Assembly: GCA_002269645.1 (NCBI GenBank) | Contig: NIVC01003044.1 | Coordinates: 59,481 to 123,480, forward strand | From: Macrostomum lignano | Lineage: Eukaryota | Reading direction: 5' to 3' | DNA length: 64,000 nt | Shown: positions 24,501-34,485 of the stretch, one piece after another | Layout of the letters: the number at the start of each line of letters is the position of its first letter | How positions within the stretch are numbered: position 1 is the first letter of the stretch | Position numbers and translations under genes: made by a program | Notes under the pieces: generated by a model | Database searches by the model: none | Seen by the model: only the letters and a program-made list of their open reading frames with translations | What the model was told of the DNA's origin: nothing

Positions 24501-27500
24501 GCTTCCGCCTCAGCTTCCGCCTCAGCTCCCATCTCAGCTTCCACCTCAGCTCCGATCTCAGCTTCCACCTCATCTTCCGCTTCAGCTTCCGCCTCAGCTT
24601 CCACTTCAGCTTCCGCCTCAGCTTCCACTTCAGCTTCCGCCTCAGCTTCCGCCTCAGCTTCCATATCGGCGTCTACGCCAGCTTCTGCTTCATCATCACT
24701 AATAGGAGGCATTGGCGCTAACTGTGCAATCGTAGGCGGATGTTGTTTAGGCAGCAAAGCTGGAGGTTGCAAACAGCGGCTGCTCTTATCTTCGAAGATT
24801 GCCTCGGAATCGGTGGCTGAGCCGTCTGACAGATTCTGTTTGGGATGGTTACGGCATGAGAAATTATCAAGTTAATGTCAGTTTTAAAGATTATTTTCAC
24901 ATTTAATTTCTTCCCTTTTCTTAAAAAATAGTTTAAAAGGTAAAACGGAGAAAACAAAGTTCTCGATAAAAATTATATGGGCTGTGCTTAATTTTACCTT
25001 AGTCTGGTAATGCCTTCGTGCTTTCTTCATGTCACGCTCCTGAAAGACTCTGGGTTGAACCAACTCGAGAATTCGGTTCAGTCGGGTCTTTTTGGCCACC
25101 AATTCACGCACAAAGCGGAAGCTCCCAGGCTCTAGGTTGTTGCTTAGTATTACCTTTAAATTAATGAGAAAATATGAGCGTACAAATATTAGATCGATTC
25201 AAGAATTTTAACATTTCAATCGTTGGGATCGGTTGCTTACCTGAATAATTAGAGCAGAGTAAAAACAGCCTTCATACAAGGCTTCACACTTCCACTTCTC
25301 AGTGGAGTCCCTCTTTTCTAACCATTCCTCTTCCTTAAGGTTTTGAAAGCCTTCAGGAAGCTTCACTTCGCTTTCCGAGACCTCAACAATTTGACGGTCG
25401 TCTTTAAAGATCACTAAAAACTTCATTGTAGCATGCAGACTAGACTATGCTAGTGCAAAACTGAGTACCAAATAAAGCAAGAGTTTGGAGCTCACACTAT
25501 AGTTTATGCTTATTTAATGATTCAGTGGTTTAGGTTGCTTCTAGAAGCAATTGTCTTCTATAGTTCTTCGAATGAAAAAGGCCGCCCTGGCTTTTCCAAT
25601 TTCATTGGCCCTACCGTCCCCGCATCCATACCTGTCCAATCAGCGCGCACAAACCCCCAAAGGAATAGTTTTCAATTCTTCCCAGCTTTTGTTCATATCC
25701 TTTCTTTAATACGAAATAAGCAATCGTAGTAATTACTTTATTATTATTACAACAGTCAACTATCATCAAAGTCTGATTCGGACGAAAACAATGACAAGGC
25801 AATTGAGGCGACAAGCAAATAAGGATTTGCTGGGCTTGTTCATGGAAGGAGAACAAGAAGCTTTGGAAGACATCGCACTGCAAGAGAAAAAAAGAAAAGT
25901 ATTCGAAGCAGATGATTCTGGGAGAGTCGCCGGTTTCATCGCTTCGGAGTCCTCTGTAGCAGAAGTCAATGAAGGTACGGATCCAGATCTTGACAACGAC
26001 AATGGCAGCTATCCTGATTTTGACGAGTTCGCGCGAGTTTGCAGCGATGAAGATGAGGAGATTGACAAGAAAGAGGATGACCGCTCTTTAGAAGATAAAA
26101 TATTCGCCTTGCTGGTAGTCTACTTTTCTTGTTTCAACCTAAGTCGTGGATCTAAAAAATTCCTTGTTGATGGTCTAAGAGACATAGGCTTGCCTGCGCC
26201 GAAGTCTGTCAACTCTATTGAGGCCGTCATCAATGCTGGCGATCCAACGGAAAAATTGGAGCCCATGGGAAAAGGCCATTTTCGCTACATTTCGATTCTG
26301 AAAAATCTAGAACTAATGTTTCGCAAAAACCAGCTGCACATGAAGCCAGAATATCTACAACACGATAGTGAAACTGAGAAGGTTTACAAAATTGAAGCCA
26401 TCGTTAATTTTGACGGCTTGCCTTTGTACCGAGCAAGCCACTTCGGTCTTTGGCCCATACTTATGTCTATTCCCAGCATATTCAGCAGACCTTTTCCAGT
26501 AGCCGTATGGGCTGGTTGTGGCAAGCCACCTCTGAATGATTATCTTCGACAATTTTGCGACGAGGCTAAACGTTTTCTTACGGGTCCAATAAAAATTATC
26601 GAAAATTTAAGCATCAGCTTCTCGACTATCCGATTTGTTTGCGATGCGCCTGCTCGAGCCTGGGTCTCAGTAACTCAAGGGCACATGTCGTACGTCGGTT
26701 GCATGTACTGCAGGGCTACTGGACCTTATACCGACAACAGAGTAACATTTTCAACGAGCGTCGGGGAGTCTCGTAGCAGCCAACAATACCGAGAGGGAAA
26801 GGAGTCTAACCAGGAAAATAAAAAAATCGCTCTATCGCCCCTTCTAAATTTGCCTAACATTAGTTTTGTCGATGCTTTTCCCCCTGACTACCAGCATGCC
26901 GTATGCCTTGGAGTCACAAGGAAGCTATTTTACCTATTTTTCGACAAATCTAATGGCAAGAAGTGTCTCGTCTATCCCGGTCCGATGAGCCTATTGGGCG
27001 ACCGAATTACTATGGCTGCCGGTTGGACACCTTCAAACTTTCAACGAAGACCCCGGAAAATCGACTTGGAACTGAAGCACATGAAGGCTACTGAATTCAG
27101 ACAGTACTTGCTGTACCTAGGACCTGTCCTCTTCAAAGGCATTTTAAATGAAGAAAGGTATAACCACTTTCTTTACCTCCATTTCGCCATTTACGCATAC
27201 TCCAACGAAAGGTACTCCAAGTGGTGGACGCAGGCAAAAACTTGCATTGAAGTTTTTGTTGAACGGGCTGCCCACCTTTACGGCCAGAAGTTTATAAGTT
27301 TCAATCTTCACACTATTCTTCATTTGGATGAGTTTGTCCGAAAGCTAGGCAGTTTAAACAACTTTTCGACTTTCCCTTTCGAAAACTTTCTTGGATCTGT
27401 AAAGCGCCGCGTAAAGGTGACAAGGCACATGGCAGCGCATTCAGTTAAGCAGGTGCTCAGAGTTCGCGATCTTCTGTTGAATGAGCAGCGAATTCCACCG

Positions 27501-28592
27501 TTGAAATTCAGCACAAAGCGAGGTGATAATTGTTGCATAATCGACAAAGTATGCGTCCTAATCGAAGCTGTAAGTGAAGCTAATCAAGTCACTGGCAGGA
27601 TTTTACACCCAGTTGACAACATCTACGCCAACCCATATCCATCTTTGCGTCTGGGAATCGGCTTGTACAGGATGACATCTGGTGTTCTAACTGGCACACC
27701 TGAGCGAAAGTGCTGGATTTTGCCTGCGAATCTGCTTGCCAATCTTGCTGGAGCGGACAGGGATCCAGCAAGCCATTTTTTTGTCATTCCTCTGACAGGT
27801 GACTCCGAGGAGGCCTGATGTAGGACGCGTGAGTCGCAAGTGAGTACTAAAAATATCTTTCTCTGGTTTTTTATATCAATCCGATTTCCTTCTATCTCGA
27901 TTCTCGTATTCCCTGTATTCTGCAATTCTGCAATTTCTTCCTGTATATGTTCTCAGCTTCAACACGCAGACATGATTGTAGATTGTGAGTTAAATATTAG
28001 TATATTACGATGCATACTCGATCGCAACTGCCATTTTATCTTTACTTTTAGGATCCGCAGTTTCACGAGTTTACTACAAGCCTGGCGATCGGTCATTCAT
28101 GAACTGGAGTTATTTTAGAGACTGATTATATTGATTCTATCTTTATTGTTTACATTCTTGAACCCTAGAATTAGGTACAGCTTAAAATTCGGTGTTATAG
28201 AGGCCGGAGGGGTAATTTAGCTCAAAACTGTGTAGGAGGGGTGGAGGGGCCGGAAACTTAGTGGGAGGTGATGCCGCTGTATGTGGCTGAAATGGGGGAT
28301 TTATTTTCTTAAACCCCAGTATACGAGTATGAAATACTAATGGTATTGTATACAGTATTCCTACCTCCAATTCAAGCCAACAGAATTTTTGTAATATTTT
28401 ACTTATCCCATTGATAATAATCAACTAGCTGCACAACTGTAATTTCCATCTGTTACCATCTGGTTTTACTTTTAAGCACATATAAAATGCTATGAATATT
28501 TTCTTTCTTTTGCTGGCACCTATTTTAGGTCAGATCGAATCAATACTTTCCGTATCAAAGTATTTATGTGTTTATGCTAGGTTGTAACTTAT

Positions 28593-28649
<57 letters not shown>

Positions 28650-31600
28650 CAGACCTTGTCAAGCCTCGCACGAAATTCGTCTTTGTTCTTCCTTTATCTT
28701 TGGTGCAATATGGGAATAGAAAAAACTTGATGACCTGCACTGATAAGGAGTCAGGACAGTTTGTTTGTTTCGCATAGGTTCGCTTAAGCAGGCAAGAACG
28801 GTACAACGTAGAAATTCCCATATCACTTCTCTAGCCTTTCTTCTAACCCCCCCCACCCAACTGAAATGAATTGGCCAAAATTAGCTGTCACCTCTAGGTT
28901 AAAATAATTCCTTGCATTGCCCTGTCATTACGGGTTATTGCCACTGGCCAGGAAATTCAAAACATTTTTCTAAGAGCAACTCAAAATGAGTAAGCTTTAT
29001 ACAGGCTATAATTGATGAGAGATTTCTGTTAATGAGAGATAAAGCCCACACGGGTTTTATTGATGTCGGGTTGTAAAAGACGATCGCAAATAGAGAACAA
29101 TATAGCGAGAATATTCAAGCTGGCGGACGTGCGCCGAGCTATAATTTTCTGTTAACTCGGGGATTCAGTAAGACTAGAATAATTGAGTGGCAAAAACTGT
29201 CATGAGAACGCAAAGGCACTTTGAAACCTTTATGATTCAGTGGATTTATTCATCCGGAAAAATGACAAGGCGGGGGTTAGATTGTTATTTATTCATGACC
29301 TGTCCCATTTGAGCTCTGACCGCCTCTGAATATGAAAACTGAGAAAATATCTATGTCTATGTATCCCTCCTTATCAAAATGTGACTGAGTGACTGTGCCC
29401 TACTCGTAATCGGGGAGATAAATGAAGGGGAGACAGGGGAGACAGTCTCCTATCTCCAATCTCCCATGTCTCTTATTTGCCATTATGCAGTTAACTGGGC
29501 CCGTCATGCATAGCCTACTGCAGGCTGCAGGGGTCAGCAAACTCCAGCCCACGGGCCACATGCGGCCCGCAGTCTCTCTATCCAGCCCTCGGGTCCTTTC
29601 TAACTTCCCATGCCAATAACAATCCAGCCCGCTCAAGGTTTGCATCTCTTCTCAGCTTTTTTGCTAATTTCTTCTCCTTTTCTCATCAAAATCTCCCCTC
29701 TCTCCTCCTTTCCCCTCTTTCCTTGCTCCCAGTGGCGCAACCAGGGGGGGCGGGGGGGGGGCGGGGCCCCCCCTTAGGCGGAGACCCAGAAAAAATTGAA
29801 GGGGGACCAAGCGAATTTTCGCCAAAAACAGAGCCTCCCCTCCGCCCCTCCCTCACGGGACTTTACCTTCCAGAATCCGCCCCCCCTCAAAAAATTTCTG
29901 GTTGCCCTACTGCTTGCTCCCTTCCTCTGACATCTCTCCTTTCGCCTCTCTCCTCTCTCCCTTTATCTCCCTTCTTTCTCTCATCTCGCCTCTCTCCTCT
30001 CTTCCCTCCTCTCACATCTCACATCTCTCCCCTCTCCCCTCCACTCTCCTCCTTCTGGCCCGCAGTCTTGAGCTAGATTCTCTATCTGGCACTTAAAGTA
30101 AAATAGTTAGCCAATCCCTCGCAAGGAATTTCGATCATTACAATGAGCAAAAGTTGACATTAACAAAATTTTGCGGGCGCGTTGTGCCAAGCCTGAACAG
30201 CTTCTCTAGACAGCACTCTGTGCTCTCCAGAATTACTTGAACTGTTAGCAGTGGCGCAAGCAGAATTTCTTATGTGGGGGGGGGCGGATTCTGAAGGGTA
30301 AAGACCCAAGGGGGGCGGAGGGGTGGCTCTGTATTTTGGCAAAAATGCGCTTGGTCCCCCTTTAATACAGCTTGGCAAACCTGATTGATTTTCCGGGATT
30401 TCCCCTGTCCTAGTTGTATTTCTCTAAAATTCTGGAAGATAAATCGAGATTCTAGATAATAGCTGCATCTAAGATTAGTTTGTTTTGCTATCGCATTGTA
30501 CCGTACAATTAATTATTGAAAATTTTAAACCTTTGCTGGCATACGCATATGTTATCTTTGACCTTACCTGTTGTTTAATAGGTAAATTATTACTGTATGG
30601 AGGTACATGTAGATATAGGCATTTTGACTGTCAACTGTCCACCCCATACAAGCATACGGCTTTCAAATAATTATGCAACCTTGTGCAAGGGTATGCCGCC
30701 TACTTACATGTAAAACTTTGAAATGAGTATTTATTTACGCCACTATCCAAGGGGGGGGGGCGCGGCCGCGGGAGACCGACAGCGGAGACCGCCACAATTT
30801 GCCCGCCAGACAATTTGCCCGCCAGACAATTTGCCCGCCAGACAATTTGCCCGCCAGACAATTTGCCCGCCAGACAATTTGCCCGCCAGACAATTTGCCC
30901 GCCAGACAATTTGCCCGCCAGACAATTTGCCCGCCAGACAATTTGCCCGCCAGACAATTTGCCCGCCAGACAATTTGCCCGCCAGACAATTTGCCCGCCA
31001 GACAATTTGCCCGCCAGACAATTTGCCCGCCAGACAATTTGCCCGCCAGACAATTTGCCCGCCAGACAATTTGCCCGCCAGACAATTTGCCCGCCGCCCT
31101 ATTTCACCTTGAATAGAACGGCGATCAAATTGTGGCGGTCAAATGTACTCGTAGATGTAGTAGACCCGGCGGCCGCCCCCTTTGCCATGGCTGGACTTGC
31201 ATATAAGGGGGGTAAATTTTGAGCTTACTTTGGCTTTTTAGACCAAAACAAAAATTTGGGCAAATCTGCCCCCACTACTTTAAAAATCCTGAATTGACCA
31301 CCAAATCGGACTCATCTAAATGAAAACTTAAGAATACAAGCAACATTGTACATGCGCTAGTGCTTAAGTAGTGGAGTATTAAAAAATATATTTTTTGCAG
31401 CGTTGATTTCGAAGATCAAAAGGTATTACTTATAAGTAGGTAGGCTAAAACGCACACTTTTGCGTTCACATCCAATTTCTGAAGTGTATGAAACTCAGAA
31501 AAATTTGCACGAGTCGCCTATACCCCACTTTGGAGCTTGCAGCAATTTTTCAAAGAGATGGCTGCTCAAAGGGTTAAAAGTTCAAGTTAGCTGTAGTATG

Positions 31601-33005
31601 AGGATTGGTCAATGCAAATAAATAATGAGCTCATTATACAAGAAAATAATTAATAAGGATATCAATAGTTCGCCCCACTGTCCACTGCACGTACTGAAAG
31701 GCGTACTGTCAGGTTCGAGCACAAAAACACCCGAAACTAAAAAAATCAACTTTAAAAATTCTGCTCTTTACATAATTTCCTCACAAAAATATTTCATACG
31801 TACAAAGAAGAAAACCTACAAACTTTTATCTTGCGGGATGGGGCGTACCCTTGAGGGCCGCCGGGGCGCCGGCCTAGAGGGTACGCCCCAATTTTTCTAA
31901 CCACTGGGAATAAAGCCGGTCTCATCTACGGCGATCTCTTGACTAGTATGAGTACGAGTATAGCTAGCTACTTCATAATACGAAGTATTAACCCTTGCAA
32001 TTATTTCATTCTAGCGTCCACCCTATTTCATAGACGTTCTCTTTTAATGAACACGCGTCTCGCCTCTAAGTACGCTCATATTAACGGACTTATTAGATTC
32101 TATCAACTTATATTATACAAAAAACTATTTTTTTCCTTTCGGTTTAACGAGTTTTATAATCGATTTTGCAGGCTATCAAGCGGGCGAACTCAGTGAAGTA
32201 TGGCCTCTGTGCGACCCTATTTAGCCGGGATGCTAGCAGAATCATGCGTGTTTCCCGTCAGCTGCAGGTAAGCATGGCTTGCCGCTTTACTCGAGTATCT
32301 GATCTGATACATGTACTAGCTAGATTTGATTTGATTGGTAAAAACTGCACGCTCGCTTTTATAGTGCTTTAATTTTTTTCCATATTTGACGTTTGAAACC
32401 ACTATAAAGCAGTATCAGACAATAGGGATGACTGTAGTCCGTGTTGGGGAGGGTTTAGTCTGCGCTAAGATGGGGGGGCAGATATTTTGGGGTTGGAGCA
32501 GTATCAGCCAATAGGGATGACTGTAGTCCGTGTTTGGGAGGGTTTAGTCTGCGCTAAGATGGGGGCAGATATTTTGGGGTTGGAGCAGTATCAGCCAATT
32601 GGATGGCTGCAGTCCGTGTTGAAGAGGGTTTAGTCTGCGCTAAGATGGGGGCAGATATTTTGGGGTTGGAGCAGTATCAGCCAATTGGATGGCTGCAGTC
32701 CGTGTTGAAGAGGGTTTAGTCTGCGCTAAGATGGGGGCAGATATTTTGGGGTTGGAGCAGTATCAGCCAATAGGATGGCTGCAGTCTGTTTTCGGGAGGG
32801 TTTATCAAATGTAAATAATCCAATGTACATTCGATGAAATGTAAATTTGCCTCTCCAGGTCGGCACTGTTTGGTCCAACTGTTGGCTAGTACGCGACCTA
32901 AACATGCCATTCGGCGGCTGCAAGCAATCTGGAATTGGCCGCGAAGGGGCGCACGACTCGTTGGAGTTTTACACCGAAGTTAAAACTGTCTGTCTGCGCT
33001 TTTGA
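12777..33005 (+). CDS. ALDH8A1: Aldehyde dehydrogenase family 8 member A1 (2-aminomuconate semialdehyde dehydrogenase-like), 496 aa, 9 exons
   Basis: Exons 12777-12955, 13771-13971, 14468-14601, 15383-15627, 17814-17884, 18001-18105, 18383-18695, 32172-32267, 32859-33005 total 1491 nt, all GT-AG and in phase. Motifs: [61 protein letters not shown] (catalytic Glu), [11 protein letters not shown] (catalytic Cys), [29 protein letters not shown]; these are typical of ALDH8A1. Confidence 0.95.
13195..13735. repeat. Intronic minisatellite (ALDH8A1 intron 1), 21-bp subunits in a 42-bp higher-order unit
   Basis: AGCAACCAAATCAGCGCCCAT / AGCAACCAATTCGGCTTCCAT alternate; the array ends ~35 nt before the acceptor. 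Confidence 0.95.
14310..14442 (+). mobile_element. tRNA-derived SINE fragment
   Basis: B-box GGTTCGATTC, then TGTCCTTGAGCAAGACGCCTAAC...CCAGCTGTAAA, a motif typical of the body of many metazoan tRNA-head SINEs. Confidence 0.5.
14725..15215. repeat. Intronic minisatellite (ALDH8A1 intron 3), 22-bp unit GTGGCGCCAGAGTAAATTATCA
   Basis: Tandem copies, period 22. Confidence 0.95.
15787..16812. repeat. Intronic minisatellite (ALDH8A1 intron 4), 17-bp unit GGGAGATGGGATTCTAT
   Basis: Tandem copies; source of the [17 protein letters not shown] ORFs. Confidence 0.95.
17249..17706. mobile_element. MITE-like element with 46-bp terminal inverted repeats
   Basis: AGGACGCAACACTCGAAATCGATGGTAAATGTTTTGAAGGCAACTT (17249-17294) is the reverse complement of 17661-17706 with 2 mismatches; non-coding interior; no clear TSD. 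Confidence 0.7.
18730..20362. repeat. Intronic minisatellite (ALDH8A1 intron 7), same GATGGGATTCT family as intron 4, with graded unit variants
   Basis: ...TTCTATGGGA units to ~19430, ...TTCTGTGTGA(GA) units to ~20200, then ...TTCTACATGGGA units. Confidence 0.95.
20518..20583. repeat. (GCT)n microsatellite
   Basis: About 21 perfect copies. Confidence 0.95.
20986..21568. repeat. (TCTA)n / TCTG-TCTT compound microsatellite
   Basis: Direct observation; source of the SIYL ORFs. Confidence 0.95.
22465..25426 (-). CDS. Transposon accessory protein (DUF4806/TnpA-like by inference), 782 aa, 6 exons
   Basis: Exons 25426-25241, 25153-24998, 24835-24050, 23920-23716, 23606-22849, 22722-22465 total 2349 nt, all GT-AG and in phase. 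Features: acidic (EA)n tract, coiled coil, FWPINSWE..., [13 protein letters not shown] motif, 18-aa repeats encoded by a 54-bp minisatellite. Confidence 0.8.
22870..23445. repeat. Coding 54-bp minisatellite (about 10 copies) in exon 5 of the accessory gene
   Basis: On the minus strand it encodes [18 protein letters not shown] repeats in frame with the spliced CDS. Confidence 0.9.
25427..25790. promoter_or_regulatory. Putative bidirectional promoter between the accessory gene and the transposase
   Basis: 364-bp gap between divergent ATGs; CCAAT (25596), ATTGG (25604) and CCAAT (25636) next to GC-rich GGCCGCCC. Confidence 0.45.
25791..27818 (+). CDS. CMC/EnSpm-type DDE transposase, 675 aa, intronless
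   Basis: Motifs [14 protein letters not shown] (D), FVCDAPARA (D), [54 protein letters not shown] (E); uninterrupted ORF. Confidence 0.9.
   Translation: MTRQLRRQANKDLLGLFMEGEQEALEDIALQEKKRKVFEADDSGRVAGFIASESSVAEVNEGTDPDLDNDNGSYPDFDEFARVCSDEDEEIDKKEDDRSLEDKIFALLVVYFSCFNLSRGSKKFLVDGLRDIGLPAPKSVNSIEAVINAGDPTEKLEPMGKGHFRYISILKNLELMFRKNQLHMKPEYLQHDSETEKVYKIEAIVNFDGLPLYRASHFGLWPILMSIPSIFSRPFPVAVWAGCGKPPLNDYLRQFCDEAKRFLTGPIKIIENLSISFSTIRFVCDAPARAWVSVTQGHMSYVGCMYCRATGPYTDNRVTFSTSVGESRSSQQYREGKESNQENKKIALSPLLNLPNISFVDAFPPDYQHAVCLGVTRKLFYLFFDKSNGKKCLVYPGPMSLLGDRITMAAGWTPSNFQRRPRKIDLELKHMKATEFRQYLLYLGPVLFKGILNEERYNHFLYLHFAIYAYSNERYSKWWTQAKTCIEVFVERAAHLYGQKFISFNLHTILHLDEFVRKLGSLNNFSTFPFENFLGSVKRRVKVTRHMAAHSVKQVLRVRDLLLNEQRIPPLKFSTKRGDNCCIIDKVCVLIEAVSEANQVTGRILHPVDNIYANPYPSLRLGIGLYRMTSGVLTGTPERKCWILPANLLANLAGADRDPASHFFVIPLTGDSEEA
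28597..28644. repeat. (TA)n microsatellite
   Basis: Direct observation. Confidence 0.9.
29730..29912. mobile_element. hAT-type MITE (183 bp) nested in the CMC element
   Basis: TIR CAGTGGCGCAACCAG versus CTGGTTGCCCTACTG (2 mismatches); perfect 8-bp TSD CTTGCTCC at 29722-29729 and 29913-29920. Confidence 0.85.
30249..30363. mobile_element. Truncated, inverted copy of the same hAT MITE family
   Basis: Starts CAGTGGCGCAAGCAG and aligns with the reverse complement of ~29800-29912 (GGGGGGGCGGATTCTG..GGTAAAG..CGCTTGGTCCCCCTT). Confidence 0.7.
30787..31140. mobile_element. MITE-like element whose interior is a 16-bp tandem array (CAATTTGCCCGCCAGA, about 19 copies)
   Basis: 15-bp perfect inverted repeat GACCGCCACAATTTG (30787) / CAAATTGTGGCGGTC (ends 31140), extending imperfectly to 21 bp. 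Confidence 0.6.
32409..32805. repeat. Intronic tandem repeat (ALDH8A1 intron 8), ~87-bp unit, about 4.5 copies
   Basis: GCAGTATCAG recurs at 32409, 32498, 32585, 32671 and 32757. Confidence 0.9.
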
Positions 33006-34407
33006 TTGCAAATGAGTTCGATTCGAATATTGCGATTTGCGGGTCTTAAGACCACTTGACTATGTAATTGATTATGATTATGATTCCATTCATATTCACT
33101 ACTCGCGACAATAATTTGGTTCTGGTTAAATTGAATGAAAGACTTACTATTCAATGCGGTAAAGATATCAATTCGGGAGTCTTACGAGCGTATCGTGATT
33201 AATTAGAGTAGCCGGTAATGTTTCATTTATTATGACTCATTTTTGCTGCATCAGTCATCATCATGTTCTTTATTAAAGCTTTCCCACTCCAGAACCAGCA
33301 ATTCAGTGTGGAACTTCGCAGAGTCAAAGTTCGTCTAGCAAAATTTTCACATTCTTATCAATCACATATTAGCGATCAAGTGTGATTTCGGCGTTTTGAA
33401 GCGATTCCATTGCGGTTACCAGTTGCCTTGTATAGAAAATCATACAAAATTCAACATGTACACTGCACTACCCAATGGAGGGTCAGTCGGCTGAAATGAG
33501 ATAACAGCCATGAGCTAAGCCATTCTAAAATATAATGCGAGGGGTGGGACGGCTAATAGCCACTCTTAGGAAAGACCTCAATAACCTCAACCGCCGATAA
33601 AATAAGCCAAGCCAAGATTTGGGGGGTTGGGGGGGGGGCTGGGGCTGTTGCAATTTGTAACGAACGCCTGTTGGCCGGTCATGAAATCGATAAACCCACC
33701 ACCTCACTCCACACGCGCGGGAGCTGGATTAAATTGAAAGAGCATTAGAAAGTCAATAATAGCTCTATTGTAAGGAAGAGGGCGTTGACGAACTTGCTAG
33801 AAAATCGATAATCTTCACTCACTTCATTCACGCACTCTGTGAGATTTAGCTTAATAGCACTTTGGCTGTATACACAGCTAAAACAGTAAAAAAGTTCGCA
33901 ACAAATCGTGACAATCACGTGGGCAAGGTTAGTATGAATGTACACTCGTAAATTATATAGATAGCTTATCATACGGGACATACAACCACCTACATGCACT
34001 ATCTATGTACTTGAAGCATTTATCAGCGCTTTAGAGACTAACAGACACACTTGTGTAATTAATCGAAAATGCAGTTTTTCGATTTGCAAATCAGCATTTC
34101 ATTTCGACGATTTTTTTTCATTTAGGATCGCAACAGTACGGCGGGTGTTTAATTTTTTAACAATTATACTGACTTAAGTAGTTGCATATTGCATTTTGCC
34201 TATAGCTACTGACTGAGTGGTTGTTTTAAAGAAGTACCGTCTCCATTGGGTATAAGTGCTCTTTATACAGAATACTTAACGTTCTGTCACAGTTTTAAAT
34301 TAAATGGATTTTAGTCATTGCTCCTATCTACAAAGAAAGTACAAGCACTAGAAGAATTGATTAATATATTTTATGATAATACATTTGATATGATTTTAGA
34401 ACGAAAG

Positions 34408-34485
34408 AAAAAAATCTGCACTTGGAATCGAGCCTGGGCCGCTGGCACATCAGAGCGCCGCTCCAGACCACTGGGCTACGGCCCC
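34408..34485 (-). mobile_element. tRNA-derived SINE head or tRNA pseudogene
   Basis: Minus strand reads GGGGCCG-TAGCCCAGTGG (A box)...GGCTCGATTCC (B box, 1 mismatch)...TTTTTTT; acceptor and anticodon stems do not pair. Confidence 0.5.

Larger units (their letters stand above)
21887..31908. mobile_element. Full-length EnSpm/CACTA-like (CMC superfamily) DNA transposon, 10,022 bp, inside ALDH8A1 intron 7
   Basis: Termini CCCAGTGG (21887) and CCACTGGG (31908); 2-bp TSD AA on both sides; subterminal repeats GGTACGCCC and CGGGGCGCCGGCCT at both ends; contains a CMC-type DDE transposase and a divergent accessory gene. Confidence 0.85.

Noticed and set aside
22863-24875. Plus-strand ORFs 22863..23594, 22867..23502 and 24108..24875
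   Set aside because: Antisense shadows of repetitive exons of the minus-strand accessory gene
34408-34485. Functional tRNA gene
   Set aside because: A and B boxes are present but the acceptor and anticodon stems do not pair; kept only as a SINE-like remnant
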